NCBI RefSeq assembly: GCF_018977255.1
Contig: NW_024704743.1
Coordinates: 57,104,001-57,168,000, forward strand
Length of the DNA: 64,000 bases
Direction: 5' to 3'
Source: Callorhinchus milii
Taxonomy: Eukaryota
Shown here: positions 40,753 through 53,521 of the stretch, one piece after another
How the letters are laid out: each line of letters opens with the position of its first letter
Position numbering within the stretch: position 1 is the first letter of the stretch
The notes under the pieces: generated by a model
Told to the model about the DNA's origin: nothing
Database searches by the model: none
What the model saw: the letters and a program-made list of their open reading frames with translations, nothing else
Program-made: the position numbers and the translations under genes

Positions 40753-41409
40753 AATATACATGACAATAAACAAAATCTTTTGAGTCCGAAAGAGCAGTAA
40801 TAACCAATCTGGCATTCAATAATGAATCTAAGAGACTCATAAAACAATTTGTAGATGCTAGGTTCTGCATGTATTTGGGTGTGTTTTAGGGCAAGACCTT
40901 TGAAATACAACTCGGAAACTGATTCCTGTCAGATATGAGGAGTCTCCTTTGCTGAAATCTGGCTTCATGGAAATTGAAATTGAGATCAGCATCTGAACCA
41001 ACAGAATTACAGAGTTGGTCTGAAACACATTCCTGTAAGTTCTGCTTTTGACAAATCTTTGCATCAATTTGCTTCATGGTAAGCAAGGAAATGCCAACTA
41101 CATGAATTAGTTAGTACAATAGAAACTTTAACTGAAGATTATGAACACTTCACTACAAAATGTCCTGACTGCTGCTGGGTCGGATATAGATTCCGATGTC
41201 CAAGTAATAATAAAAAATAATAATGATAATCCTTGCATTTGATATAGCGCTTTTCTCGTCTTCTAGACATCTCAAAGTGCTTCACAGAATAAACTGTAAA
41301 GTAAACTGTAATCCTGAGCTGTAAATATTCTGTGCTGAAACAGGTCTCCTCCCTCAGAAAGCTGTTGAGTCCGAAGGTTTTCTGTGCCATGTCTCATTTC
41401 TCTAAACTA

Positions 41410-41712
41410 TAATAATCAAGAAATAATCCTTGCATTTGATATAGCGTTTTTCACATCTTCTAGACGTCTGAAAGTGCATCACAGTATATACTGTAAAGTG
41501 AATTGACTATATTTGTGGGCGAAACACGGCAGCTGATTGCGCACAGCAGTGTCCAACAAACAGTTGTGGATTGAAGTGACCATTTTACTATTGTTTTTTT
41601 TCTTGAGGGATTATTATCAGTTGTGTGAAACTTGCCCAAGGTTTCGCCCTGCTGGGAATTGAATCCAAGTGTCTCGCTTGCAAGGCAAGTGCTCTAACCA
41701 CCGAGCTACAGG
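41410..41712 (-). mobile_element. tRNA-derived SINE (short subfamily)
   Basis: Reverse complement head at ~41650-41712. Confidence 0.85.
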
Positions 41713-43509
41713 TCAAATATCGATCTGTTTATTTTGTAAAGCAATAGCATGTGTCAGTATCGATGAATATGTCATTGTGTGTGTTGGACTTATTTCTCAC
41801 ATTAATCACGATTTTTCAACAATGACTATTATGCTATGCTGAGCAGAACAGTTTATATTCTTCACCTGAAAACACAGGGTGTGCAGTTTAGTTAAGGGGA
41901 ACTGATATTGCTCATCTCACTCACAGCAATTTATGGCCTGAAGTTGCACCTAGATTAGCCATGAGCAGTTAACAATGTTGATGTCACTTCCTACCTGCCA
42001 TGCACAGTGTATATTTAATATAAAAAGATCTATCTCCAAAATTATATGCATTCAGGGTTCAGCACTTTATGACATCCTTCCGACGTGAAAGGCATTATAC
42101 AAATGTAATTTGTTGTTGTTGTTGTATGTTACCCAGTGGGCAGCTGTGTGAATCACAAAATTATAAGATTGGTTTAGATGAAGATGCCTTTTGGCTCATC
42201 TGATCTCGACCCTCCAGAATACCCACCCTCCTGTCCTCCCATTACAACATCAAGCTGCTTTTTAAATGAGTCCAGTATCCAGGCCTCAACCATCCTTCCT
42301 GGCAACAAGCAGGCACTACTCATACCCAGTGGGAAGGTTTCTGGGAAGGAAATTCCAGAGGGGTCCTCCTATTATTTCATCTGTATCCGTTAAATATTGT
42401 TATTATAAAGAAAATCCAGCTCAGAAGATGGTGACAGCGAAACCTACTAAAATGTACAGGTTGCTTTCTGTACTTCCTGGCACTCGTTGCTGTAGACTTT
42501 CTTGTGCGCACACAAGTGGCAAAGCAACAAGCAAAAAGTTTGTAAGTGATTGAAATATTTGAACAACAAGAACAACAAGAACTTGCATTTATATAGTGCC
42601 CTTCACGGGGGGTAGCGTCCCGGAGTGCTTGACGGTGGTGGAGTCTGACCCCATTCAAAGGATTATCATCTTTTACCAAATTCAAAACCAGACAGGTGTC
42701 TGGATAAAGTTGGGGAACATGGGACTCATGGCTTGAGATCTGAAGATTACTTTACTCTTGATCAAAATTCATTGGTTATCTAAATAACTAACAGCTCAAC
42801 ATCATAAGACAAAAAAGTGGAAACAATTAGTTTTATGATTAAAGCTTAGTCTTCTAGGCATCCACCCTGTGGTGAAGGAAATTTTGAACAGCCAATCAAA
42901 AAACAGACAACCTAGTCAGAACCAGACATGCAGAAAACTTGAGTATGCATTCTTTGGTGTCTGCACAGGAACACTTTGATCCAAGGTTACAATATAGCAC
43001 TTACAGTCGACTGTTTCCAATTTATGTGTTTTCCTTCTTCTCTTCCTAATTTTGCCTCTAATATTCTATTCTCTCCTAAGCTTGTGCTGGTGGAGTTTTG
43101 ATCGAATCACAGGGACTATTTGATCAAAGTAGCTGTTCTTCACAGGCGAACCTATACAATGGGTATTGACAGTTTATTTGACACCCCTAAGAGCATCTCG
43201 CAAAATCCTGTCTGATACTTACTTAACACAACAACAACAATTTATATTTACATAGGCCTTTCATATTAGGAGGACATGTCAAAGTGCTTCACGCATTCTA
43301 ACTGGGCATCTCAGCTGGAGGGATGGGAAATGCTGAGGAAAGTGGGGGTGGGGGGAAAGATAACTGAACGTTCAGTTGAAGAGTTAGGTCTTAAGGCAAC
43401 CCCTAAATTGGGGAGGGCATAACAGAGGGAGTCTGGGATGGAGATCCAGAGAGCGGGGACAGATGGCTGAAACCTCATCCACTGATATTACGGTGGGTTG
43501 GGCAGAGGA

Positions 43510-43950
43510 CATGTTCATCTGTGACCAAGGTTCTCTCTGTCTCCTCATCCTACGAAGGTGTCTGTGACACCTTCGAAGTGTCGAAGGTGTCGAAGGTGTC
43601 TGTGACACCTTCGACACTGTTGACCATTCTATACTTCTACACCGCGTCTCCTCTCAGTGGCATTACTCAGGGTTCTGTCCTTGACCCTCTCTTTAATCTA
43701 TACATGTTCCCGTTCGATGATATCAACCGCAGGCGTGGGGTTAACTTCCACATGTATGTAGATGACACCCAACTCTATCTCTCTGCCTCAATCCTCGACT
43801 CCAGGACCACAGCTGTCTTGACAGATTCCCTGTCAGACATCACAACCTGGATAAGAGTGGATTTTCTCCAGTTGAATGTCACAAGATCGAGGTCTTCCTG
43901 CTTGGGTCCTGTCAGCGCTTCCTCACCTCAGGTGCTGACAACATCACTAT
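43510..43950 (+). mobile_element. L2 RT fragment with internal deletions
   Basis: GITQGSVL, FHMYVDDTQLYLS, DFLQLN. Confidence 0.8.
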
Positions 43951-43954
43951 TCAT

Positions 43955-44530
43955 ACAATACAATGTTACATTTGCAAAGCACCTTTCACATTAGGAGGAT
44001 GTCCTAAGGTCAGGATCAGGTTCATTAAGACATGAGGCGGGTGGGGTGGAGGGGAGAAAGCGTATGAGGGTGGCTGAAGGAGGGTCTTTTGGAGCATGCC
44101 TTAAAGGAGGCAAGGGAGGGAGAGAGGCAAAGGGAATGTGAGATGGAGTTCCTGAAGGTGGAGGCAGAGAGGTTGAAACCCTGGCCGCCGATGGTTGGGT
44201 GGGCCGGGCCAAGGACATGGAGCAGGCCAGAACCTGCTGAGCGGAGGGAGTGGACAGCTTGATAAGGGGTTAACAAGTTGGAGAGGTAGGAGGGGCAAGA
44301 CCGTGTAGGGCCTTGACGGTGAGGATGAGAATTTTTAACTAAACCCTCTGAGGGATGGGGAACCAGTGGAGCCGGGCGAGGGTGGGAGTGATGGGGTTTC
44401 GGAGCCTGGTGCAGGAGAGGACACGAGCCGCAGAGTTCTGGATGATTTGTAGCTTGTTTAGGGAAAAGTTGGGAAGGCCGACAATCAGGGAGTTGGCATA
44501 GTTGAGCCTAGGTGTAATGAAGGCATTCGG
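43955..44530 (-). mobile_element. L2 3' fragment
   Basis: AFITPRLNYANSL..LQIIQNSAARVL..LHWFPIPQRV. Confidence 0.88.
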
Positions 44531-44549
44531 AAATGCACTCTCCACCTCA

Positions 44550-45236
44550 CAGCGCCAGTATGGAACCTTGATGTCTGATTCAACTTTTAACTACCTTTTA
44601 ATCCCCACATCTGTACCATGACCTATTCTGCCTTCCAATGCCTCTGCAATGTTGCTCACCTCCACCAATACCTCTCTCCTCAGGCTACTGAGCACCTCAC
44701 CCATCTTTCATTAGGTCCAGGCTAGACTATGCTTTCTCCCTGCTTGCTAGACTTCCCAACTCCTCCCTCCACAAGCAGCAAATTATTCAGAACTCTGCAG
44801 CTCGTGCCCTCTCCCGCACTGAGCTCTGTGAGCCTATCACCCCTATCCTCGCCCGGCTTCACTAGCTCCATATCTCTCAGAGGATCAAGTTCAAGATCCT
44901 TTTCCTCACTTTCAAAGCCCTCAAAGACCTTGCACATCCCTAACTCTGCGACCTGCTGAAACATTTCCGACCTGTCCACTCCCTCCACAATGGCCGACTC
45001 CATTCCCCCCGATCCACCATCGGTGATCCAGCCTTCAGTCTTTCTTCTCCAACTGCCTGGAATTCCATCCCAAAGCCGTGCCCTCTCCCTTGCTTTCTTC
45101 AAAGCCTGTCTCCCACCTCTACTGCCGTGCTCTCACCCCTCGTCTCAAGCCCACAAATCAGATGCAAACCTTTCACGTCCAAGGCCTTGGGACGTCCTCA
45201 CGATGTGAAAGGCACTATACAAATGCAATTTGTTGC
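44550..45236 (+). mobile_element. L2 3' fragment, inverted relative to its neighbour
   Basis: Same family motifs and tail. Confidence 0.85.
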
Positions 45237-46079
45237 TGATTTTCCTGAGTCATTCAATTTCAACCCCAAAAATACAGAACTGGGCAGTCCATGGACAGAA
45301 GTTTCCATAGACAGGGTTGGCCATCGAAGGCTCAGTCTTTTCTGTTTTTTCCTGTTCCTCAACCATATTGCTTTTCCAGCTTTACTTTTAAATTGCCTTT
45401 ATCTGCTATTTATATGTTTTACTATTGCCTTTTATTTCCTGCTATTCTTAATTATTCTCCATTGCCCTTTGCACAAGTCACAGTTTCACTAACTCTTGTT
45501 TCTTTATAGTTTTAAATTTCTTGTTGGTCCATTGCTTTGGTTTGACCTTTTTACTTTTTTTATTAGTCACAAACCATAGGTGTGTTGTATTTCTACTTTG
45601 TGCCAGGAAGATATAACTGAATTTGACAACCCTCATAAAACATATTAAACACAATCTACTTCCTTTCTAGATGGATTTTTCATTTCCAGATAATCAAATG
45701 CTTGTTACAGTTCCAAAGTTTCCTTCTCTGTAGTTTTATTGATTCATGTCAATGAAACTTAGCCTCTTGCGGTAATTAAAATATGTAAGCAGATACCAAG
45801 AAGTATTTTTTACCCAGAGGGTAATTAATTACTGGTTCAGGTTGCCAGGAAGGATGGTTAAAGCCAGGCCTCACTGAAGAAACAATTTGATGTCAAGAAA
45901 TCTGGGACACTAGCCTGCATGAGGAGTGGCAAATAAATGCAAGTTGTTGTTGTGTGATGGGAGGGTGAAGTTTGGGTATTCTAGAAGGAAGAAATCAAGT
46001 GGCTTTTTTTNATCCAAACCTTACTTGTGACCTTGTGAAATTAAACCAATGACTGGAACCTAAATGTTAACCTACTTGT

Positions 46080-46398
46080 GGAGTCCTGTAGTTCAGTGGT
46101 TAGAGCACTCGCCTCACAAGCAAGAGACCTGGGTTTGATTCCCGACAGGGTGAAACCTTGAGCAAGTTTCCTTACTCCACACGCCTGATAATAATCCTTC
46201 AAGAAAAAAAACAATAATAATAAATTGGTCATTTCAATCCACGACTGTTTGTGGGTCACTCCTGTGCACAATTGGCTGCCACATTTCGCCCAAATACATA
46301 CAGTCAATTAACTTTCAGAATATTCTGTGAAGCTCTTTGAGATATCTAGAAGATATGAAAAGCACTATACAAACGTAAGGATTATTATTTTTATTATT
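46080..46398 (+). mobile_element. tRNA-derived SINE (short subfamily)
   Basis: ggagtcctgtagttcagtggttagagcac head; (TTA)n tail. Confidence 0.85.
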
Positions 46399-47309
46399 AC
46401 TTCAGATTACTTACGAGTTCCGATGAATCACTAAATACTATACGCTATACATTATCTGCTGCAGAATCAATTCTTAATTCTAATCAACAACTTTACCTGA
46501 GACGTGGTGAATAATACAAGCGTAATATTGGTAAATTTATTAAAAAGTGCAGTATCCTGCTTCCCCCACCATGGTGCTCCGCTTGATGTGCAATGTTACC
46601 TTTATGAAATTAAGTAGGATCTTTTACAAAGGAGATTCAGGCAATGAGGTGGATTTGTAGTAAAAATGCTGCTGCAGAGAAGGAGGGATCCTTGGAGCTG
46701 AACCAGCCCCACGTTGACATGGTTAGAAACCGAATGTAGGACTCAAGTCAAAAATCAGTGGCGGACTCCATAGTCCTGTTCCTGAGACAGGCTGGTTTGC
46801 AATTCTCCAGGATACTGCTGATGACAGATCTGTCAGCCTGGTTAATTGGTAGGACTTGTAGGGACAGATTAATCACCGGAGGCAGAGATTCTGCACCAGC
46901 CTGTCGCATGGGAACACTTTCGTCAGAAAGTTGTGGATGGAAGCCCCACATCCGGACTTGAAATTACATTGTCTAAGCTGACACTCTAATGCAGTTCTGG
47001 GAATGATTTTGAAATATCCCCTGGATGTGGAAAGCACCGTGGAAAATTGCAAGGAATTTTCTTTTTCTTATTATTATTTTGTTACTTTTATTGTTGTATG
47101 TTCCTGCCACCTCCTGTCATTTTGTAGAATCATCATAGAATTATATAGCACAGAAGGAAGCCACTTGGCCCATCGTGTCTGTGCCAGCTCTTTGAAAAGA
47201 GCTATCCAAAACAATCCCACTCCCCCACTCTCTCCTCATAGTCCTGCAAACTTGTTCTCCCCAAATAGATATCTATAGTTTGTTTCTTTCATTTCCATTT
47301 TGCTGTATA

Positions 47310-48007
47310 CAGTGGAATCTGCTTTTGCCAAATGCTGGTTAACCCCATACTTCAGGTAAATCGAACAAAATCCCTGGCCCCAATTCATTACCTGCTTTAA
47401 ATATGCTGATTGATTCAGACAAAAATCTGATTAGTCTGGGCAAAATACTGTTCTGGACACCACTGAATGTACTCACTCAGGCTTCTGTTTGCCCATTCAG
47501 CCACAATGGACTCCAGGATGCAGATGGGAGGAGATGAATTGTGATTGACAGCGGACTCCAGCCATTCACAAGCGGCTATCAATCAGTGAGGGGTGGGTGG
47601 AGGAATGAGGAAGGACAGGGAAGGGAAATTGCAATTGATTGACAGCTGAACCCATCCATTCACAAGCAGCTCCAGGTTGCCAATCACTCAGCACTGCTGC
47701 TAATTGGTCCCCTTCCAGTCCACTGGGAATGGCAATGGGTGGGAGGCAGTGCTGCTGTCTGTCCTCAGCTGGGTGGTATTTTACAGTCAGACAAAGGTAA
47801 ATATATTTTGCTGACTTCAGTGAGAATATTTTAACTTTAGTTGGTTAATTAACATTGCTTCAAGTGAAACAACAATATTATATATTATTATACGGCGCTG
47901 CCGCCCTGCTCTGCTGGGCAGGAGTGAGATTTTGGTTAACCGTGGACTTCTCTTAAGCCGGACAAAACAGGAGGCCCCGATGTGACCACCTTAACTGGCT
48001 TCCACAG
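47310..48007. mobile_element. Possible Tigger-like non-autonomous DNA transposon
   Basis: TA|CAGTGGAATC ... GCTTCCACAG|TA degenerate TIRs with TA on both sides. Confidence 0.4.
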
Positions 48008-48070
48008 TATTTCTGCCTGAATAGATCTACCTGTGTGATACATTCTGTAGTTGCACTTGTTTTGGGAATA

Positions 48071-48393
48071 CAGTAGAGCTCCATTATAATGCAATAGTTG
48101 GGTGGGAGGTCCATAAAATCCCAAACCATGTTGATATTGGGGCACAGTTGTCGGGCACTGCATTCACTGCACACATGTACAGAAAGACAGCCGACTCCAT
48201 CAGTACTTCAATATGCAGCCGGCAGACAGAAGACCAAGATGACCAATACTTGGGTCATCAGGGCACCACCACTGTGATTTTTTGGGCCAGTGGAGTCAGC
48301 ACATGCTTTTTGGATTTTTTGGGCAAGTCAGTGTTGGGATCCAGATAAGTCAACCCATGTTATAAGAAAGCCTTTTAAAATGGGGTTCTACTG
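48071..48393. mobile_element. Non-autonomous Tc1/mariner (pogo/Tigger-like) MITE
   Basis: TA|CAGTAGAGCTCCATTATAA versus right-end reverse complement CAGTAGAACCCCATTTTAA. Confidence 0.55.
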
Positions 48394-50489
48394 AATCACT
48401 GGTTCTTTGACATTTATCCCCATTTTATCCTTTTGTTCTTGTGTTTGCTTTTACTAAATATTGTTCTTCTCATCAATCGTAGCAATTTGCACAATAATAT
48501 TCACCAAACTATTATTTCTCATGCCTTATGTTGAGAGCAGGTTCAGGGAGCTTTCAATCCCTCCAGACAGACTGATTGATTTCAGCTCACACATTTTGAT
48601 ACTGGAACAAACAATAATTTTGCAGTAATAGAAACAATCTTATTTCAGGTGTAGCTTTGATTCTGTAACTCTATCCCAATACAAAATAACAGTCAGTGAA
48701 AATACATAATTGTATCTTTATCCCAGTTCTTTGTTCTTCCCCATTTACTGTCCAATTTTATTTTTTTTGGAGTCAGCTGTGTGTCTGATACATGTTTAAG
48801 CATAACCATGCTTAAATAAACCAGAGTGAGAATTCCACATTTGTAGACCACTTATACATTGAAATTTCTCTATCTCTGGAATGGAAAGTACGCTCTACCT
48901 AGAAGGGACATACCCTGCTTACCTAATTCCAGAGTATTCGGTGCAAGTTGGTATGCTTTGACTCAATGCTATATTCTGTTGCCAAGATGGTTAGCTTGGA
49001 GCCAGTTCAGCATCCAAAAGACTGCACTTACCTCCTTGAATGAAGGATTCCATTACTTTACTTTGATATTATAGTACTGATAATGAGAGAACATTACATA
49101 TTTCAATTCATACAAAATTCTAAGAAAACTGCCTATTGAGCAACAGGATCTAATTAAAACATTCCCAAAGCAAACTATCCAGAACTCTGCAGCTCGTGTG
49201 CAGTGTCATGCCACTGCACTTGGCTCCATGAGCCTATCAACCCCATCCTTGCCTGGCTCCACTGACTCCACATCCCTCCATCTTGCCACTCCCTACCTCA
49301 GCAAACTTCTCAAACTTTACAAACCCAGCTGCTCCCCAGCTTGATTCATGTCCCCGTCCCTACCAGCCTCACTATCAGCAATCGGGCTTTCAACCATTCT
49401 TTGGAACTCCATCCTGAATTCCCTGTGGCTTGTCCATTCCTTCACCTCCTTTAAGGTTCTCCTAAAAACCTTCCTCTTTAACCTTTCCTTCAGTCATCTT
49501 TCCCCATCCCCAACCCACCTTCTCAGCTCCAATCCCTTTTGGCTCCTCCCTCCCAGTTCAAGGGCAAAGCCTGGAAGGTCTGGCTCCTTGGGACATTCTC
49601 CTGACACAAAAGGCGCAATATAAAGGCAAGTTGTTGTTTTTCTCATGATTCCAGGTTCATTAATGTTCTGTCTGTTTGCCTGTTAGATATCCAGGTCTAG
49701 ATGAATTTCTATTTCTTGCAAATTAACATGCATGAGACAGAAGATATCTTCCTCAGCTCTACTATTAGTGACTGAATTTTCAGCAACAGAGCTCCCAACT
49801 TCTGGATCTCCCTTCTTATACCTCTCACACTTGCCCCCTCATTATCTGTTTTTAAATCTTGCCTAAAAACTTAGCTCTTTAAGTCCCCACTCCAAGACAC
49901 CTTCCCCTCTTTTCTTGCTTGTTGACCACCCCATCTTTGTATCCCAGCTGCATTTATTTAGGGATTTATACATATGTCTAACTTACCTCTCTGGATAACT
50001 CGTCACTGAGCCCTATTCCATCGGAGTAATAAGTTATCAGGAGTTTACGTTGTTGTTGAATTACTCAATAACTAAATCATTTTAGAAAAATAAAATTGGA
50101 AATTCTAGCAATCATAGACAATAGGGTAAAACTCTAGACCTTGTTTCACTAAAGTCAGTGGCAGCTGTGGGATGTGAATCCACAACTTTCTGAATCAGAG
50201 TCATGAGTGCTGACAACTGAGCGAACTCATCTCTGGATTAGTGGCTAGTGAGTTCTAACTGCTATGTCAGGACTTTGAGCTCATAGTCGTCCGGACTGAC
50301 AATGCGTTGTTGAGGGCCTGCTGAACTGCTCGTGATCCCATCCTTTGGATAACATATTAAACTAGATCCAGTTTGCCTCTTCAGGTGGACATTACAGATC
50401 ACATGGTACTATTCAAAAAGAGAAGGGAGTATCCTTTCTTTCTCTCCTGGTGTCCTGGCCAACAGTCCCCCAAATGAAAATGATTTGGT

Positions 50490-50863
50490 CTTGCTCCCCC
50501 CGACCTCTGCGACCTAATAACATCTTACCAACCTGCCCACTCCATCCACTCAGCGGGCTCCAGCCTGCTACACGTCCCCCATTTCGCCCTCACCATTGGT
50601 GGGTGAGCCTTCTGCCACTCTGCCCCACCCTCTGGAACTCCATCCTACAGTCCCACCGCTTCACCCCCTCCCTTGCTGCCTTCAAGACCCATCTCAAGAC
50701 CCTCCTCTTTGACCATGCCTTCAATCATACTCCTTCCCCACTGCCCTCCAACTACCCTGATCTCGACTTCCAACTCGGGTGCGAAACACTGACTGTCCAG
50801 CCCCTTGGGACATGCTCCAGACATGAAAGGAGCTACACAAATTTAATTTTGTTCTTGTTGTTG
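50490..50863 (+). mobile_element. Short L2 3' end nested in a Deu-type SINE
   Basis: TLWNSI..FKTHLKTLLF; SINE sequence resumes after the tail. Confidence 0.75.
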
Positions 50864-51905
50864 ATTGCTCACTTCATGGCTGTTTGTGAGATATTGCTCT
50901 ATTCATATTGGTTGCTGTATTTGAGTACAAAATACGCAGTCACTATACTTTACAGTATATCCTTTGAAGGGCTTGAAAGGACGTCCCCCCTGGCATGAAA
51001 GGTACTAAATCAAAATACAAGGATTATTTTTATAAAAGGAAAAATAAAAAAAAAACAATGGAACTGGAAGCCACAGGGGAGCGTTTTCAGCAAAGCTGAG
51101 TTCTTGGAATCATTTTGCTGCAGTAGAATCTATTGTTCTTACCATGCAGGATGCTGCAGAATATTTGAAATACGGGAAGTTCTTTGTGTGCTAATCTAAT
51201 AATAATTACTGATATGTTGACCAATGCCTCTTTGGCTGTGTCATTGTTCCTCGATGGTTATTCTGTAATTGAACAGTATTGTGCACAGCTTCATGACACT
51301 TTCCCCATTTAAAAGAGTGAGAAAGAATAATACTATACAACCTGGGATTAAGTCATGTTTACAATTAGTTTTCAAATTGATAAATTGTGATTATGGCTTT
51401 TAAGGTTTGTTTGCATTTTAGCCATGGCGTTATTTAAGATATTATTGTGGTAATCTTGTAAACACATGTAATTATGTTTGTAATCCAGCAGCCTGCTTCA
51501 CATTCCCCGTTGTGTCCAGCCCACCATTGGCGGATAGGCCTTCAGCCTCTCTGCCCCTACCCTCTAGAACTCCATTCCACAGTCCCCGTGCCTCACTCCC
51601 TCTCTTTCCTCTTTCAAAACCCGCCCCAAGAGCTCAGGTGCGGATCCCTGTCTGTCCAGCACTTTGCGACGTCCTCCTAACATGAAAGGCGCCTTACAAA
51701 TGTACTTTGGTGTTGTTATAACCAGCTTGATACAGTGATGAGGGAATGGTGGGGTGAATGTTCTGGAGGGGTGAGATCGGATGGATTGAAAGGCCTTCAT
51801 CATCTGGACAAATCTTGTGATCCTGTGGTCAGTTGCAGCCTTCAGTGCCACAGATACACCTGTTAAAAATAATTGATGATCTGGACATTTATAAACAATT
51901 CATAA

Positions 51906-51919
51906 GCGCCACCTTGTGG
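51906..51919 (-). promoter_or_regulatory. Candidate CTCF site
   Basis: Minus strand CCACAAGGTGGCGC, one mismatch to CCASYAGRKGGCRS. Confidence 0.45.
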
Positions 51920-52006
51920 TATAAAGTTTCTAATTCAACAACTTCCTGAGCAGAGTATTCTTTTTCACCACAAGTTTTGAAAGCAGAGTAAACCACCATA
52001 ACAATG

Positions 52007-52318
52007 TGCTCAGTCAACATTATCAGAATGCGAGATAAGCACGAATGAGGGATTAACTAATGTACAAATGGCATGTAATATTTTACATGGAAATAGGATC
52101 AGACACTGTAATCTCAGGGGTCAAGTAAAAAATTTAAAGACTTAAATTTGCATTTCACGTTGAATGTTTTCATTAAACTGGAGTTGTAGAGCAGGAAGTT
52201 TTCCGATGTTGCCTCACAGCTCTTGTCGACTTGTGTTTCTTTGGAAAACAGTGCTATTTAAAGTATAAGGAAGGATATTCTGATTCACTTGACGTCATAA
52301 GAGGAGGTCACAGGTCAT
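52007..52318. repeat. Copy B of the inverted duplicated non-coding element
   Basis: 41 nt identical: 33715-33755 equals the reverse complement of 52090-52130. Confidence 0.9.
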
Positions 52319-53114
52319 ATTAACAAAGTAAAAACAACATGCTGGAACTGGGAAGGAGATGAGAATCCATGACCAAAAAAAAACACACCGTTGAAAATAC
52401 ATTGAAAAAATAGTTCCTACAGGCATCATTAAAAGTGATGTTTAAAATTGTGCAAGATTGACCCCAATAGTGAAACACCATTCTTTTTAAACATGTTGAC
52501 ATACTGCATTCTAACACTGAACCTTAGAACACAGAGACTGCTTTATGCTCATTCCTAATCAGGATTATCTTGACAGCATCGCAATCTATCAAAACCTGTA
52601 CATTATATCTTGCTACAGCTGAGATAAAGAATGCAGTTGGGCAGATTTTTTTAATCTATCTGGATAAACCAATAAATCTTGAGCATGTTTGGTCTGGGCA
52701 GAATATTATTGCATTCATAAAAAACATAGTTTGGCAAACATTAGTGAATCTGAAATCATTAACGGGTTGTTATTAGAAAATTAACTTACTTGTAGGACAT
52801 TTAAGTTTAGATGAAGCACTTTGAAACATCTCGAAGATGTGATAAGGCATTGTATCAAATGCAGGGATTATTATTATTATTTTGTATCAAATGCATGGAT
52901 AATATTTTAGCATTTATCCAGTAAATAGAACAAGATGAGAAAGATTTAAAGCTGTAAAGAGCAATTTTGGACAGAAAGTCTTTTGTTACTCTGATGGTAA
53001 TCAACGACTGAAACAGGTTGCTAGGAAAGGTGGTTGAGGCCAGGACACTAGATTCATATAAAAAGTAGTTTAATGCTGCATTGCGGGATGGTAGGGTGGA
53101 TGTTCTGGAGGGAT

Positions 53115-53261
53115 GAGATTGCTCTTTTCAAATAGTTGTGTGTCACAAGGTCACAAGATTGGTCTGGATGAAGAAGGTCCTTCAGAGGTCGTTTGGGGGC
53201 CTTCTTCAACCAGACCAATCTTGTGATCTTGTGACACACAACAATTAGAAGAGAGATTCTC
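53115..53261. repeat. Near-perfect fold-back hairpin at a CR1 3' end
   Basis: 53135-53180 pairs with 53197-53242. Confidence 0.85.
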
Positions 53262-53521
53262 CAATGCCTGTCTTACAAATCATCCAGATAAAATGAGTCA
53301 TTCCCTCATGGCTGTTTGTGGAACATTACTTGGCTGCCTTCAAAATTCACATCACTGCCCTTCAAAATAAATCCTTGAAGCACTTTGAGCCATTCAATGA
53401 TGACTAAATCCACTAAAATTGTTTCTAAACTGAAACATATGTGACTTGACTAAGGAATATTTATAGGAAGACTTCAAAATATTGCACTTTTATTTATTTC
53501 CATTTATTGTGGAATAGAAAG

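Noticed and set aside
40858..41086. Two overlapping short minus-strand ORFs in unique sequence
   Set aside because: No recognisable homology or splice context; length compatible with chance
33838..52007. Intact Maverick/Polinton or other giant transposon between the inverted repeats
   Set aside because: No polymerase, integrase, capsid or transposase remnants visible; similarity fades without sharp termini or TSD
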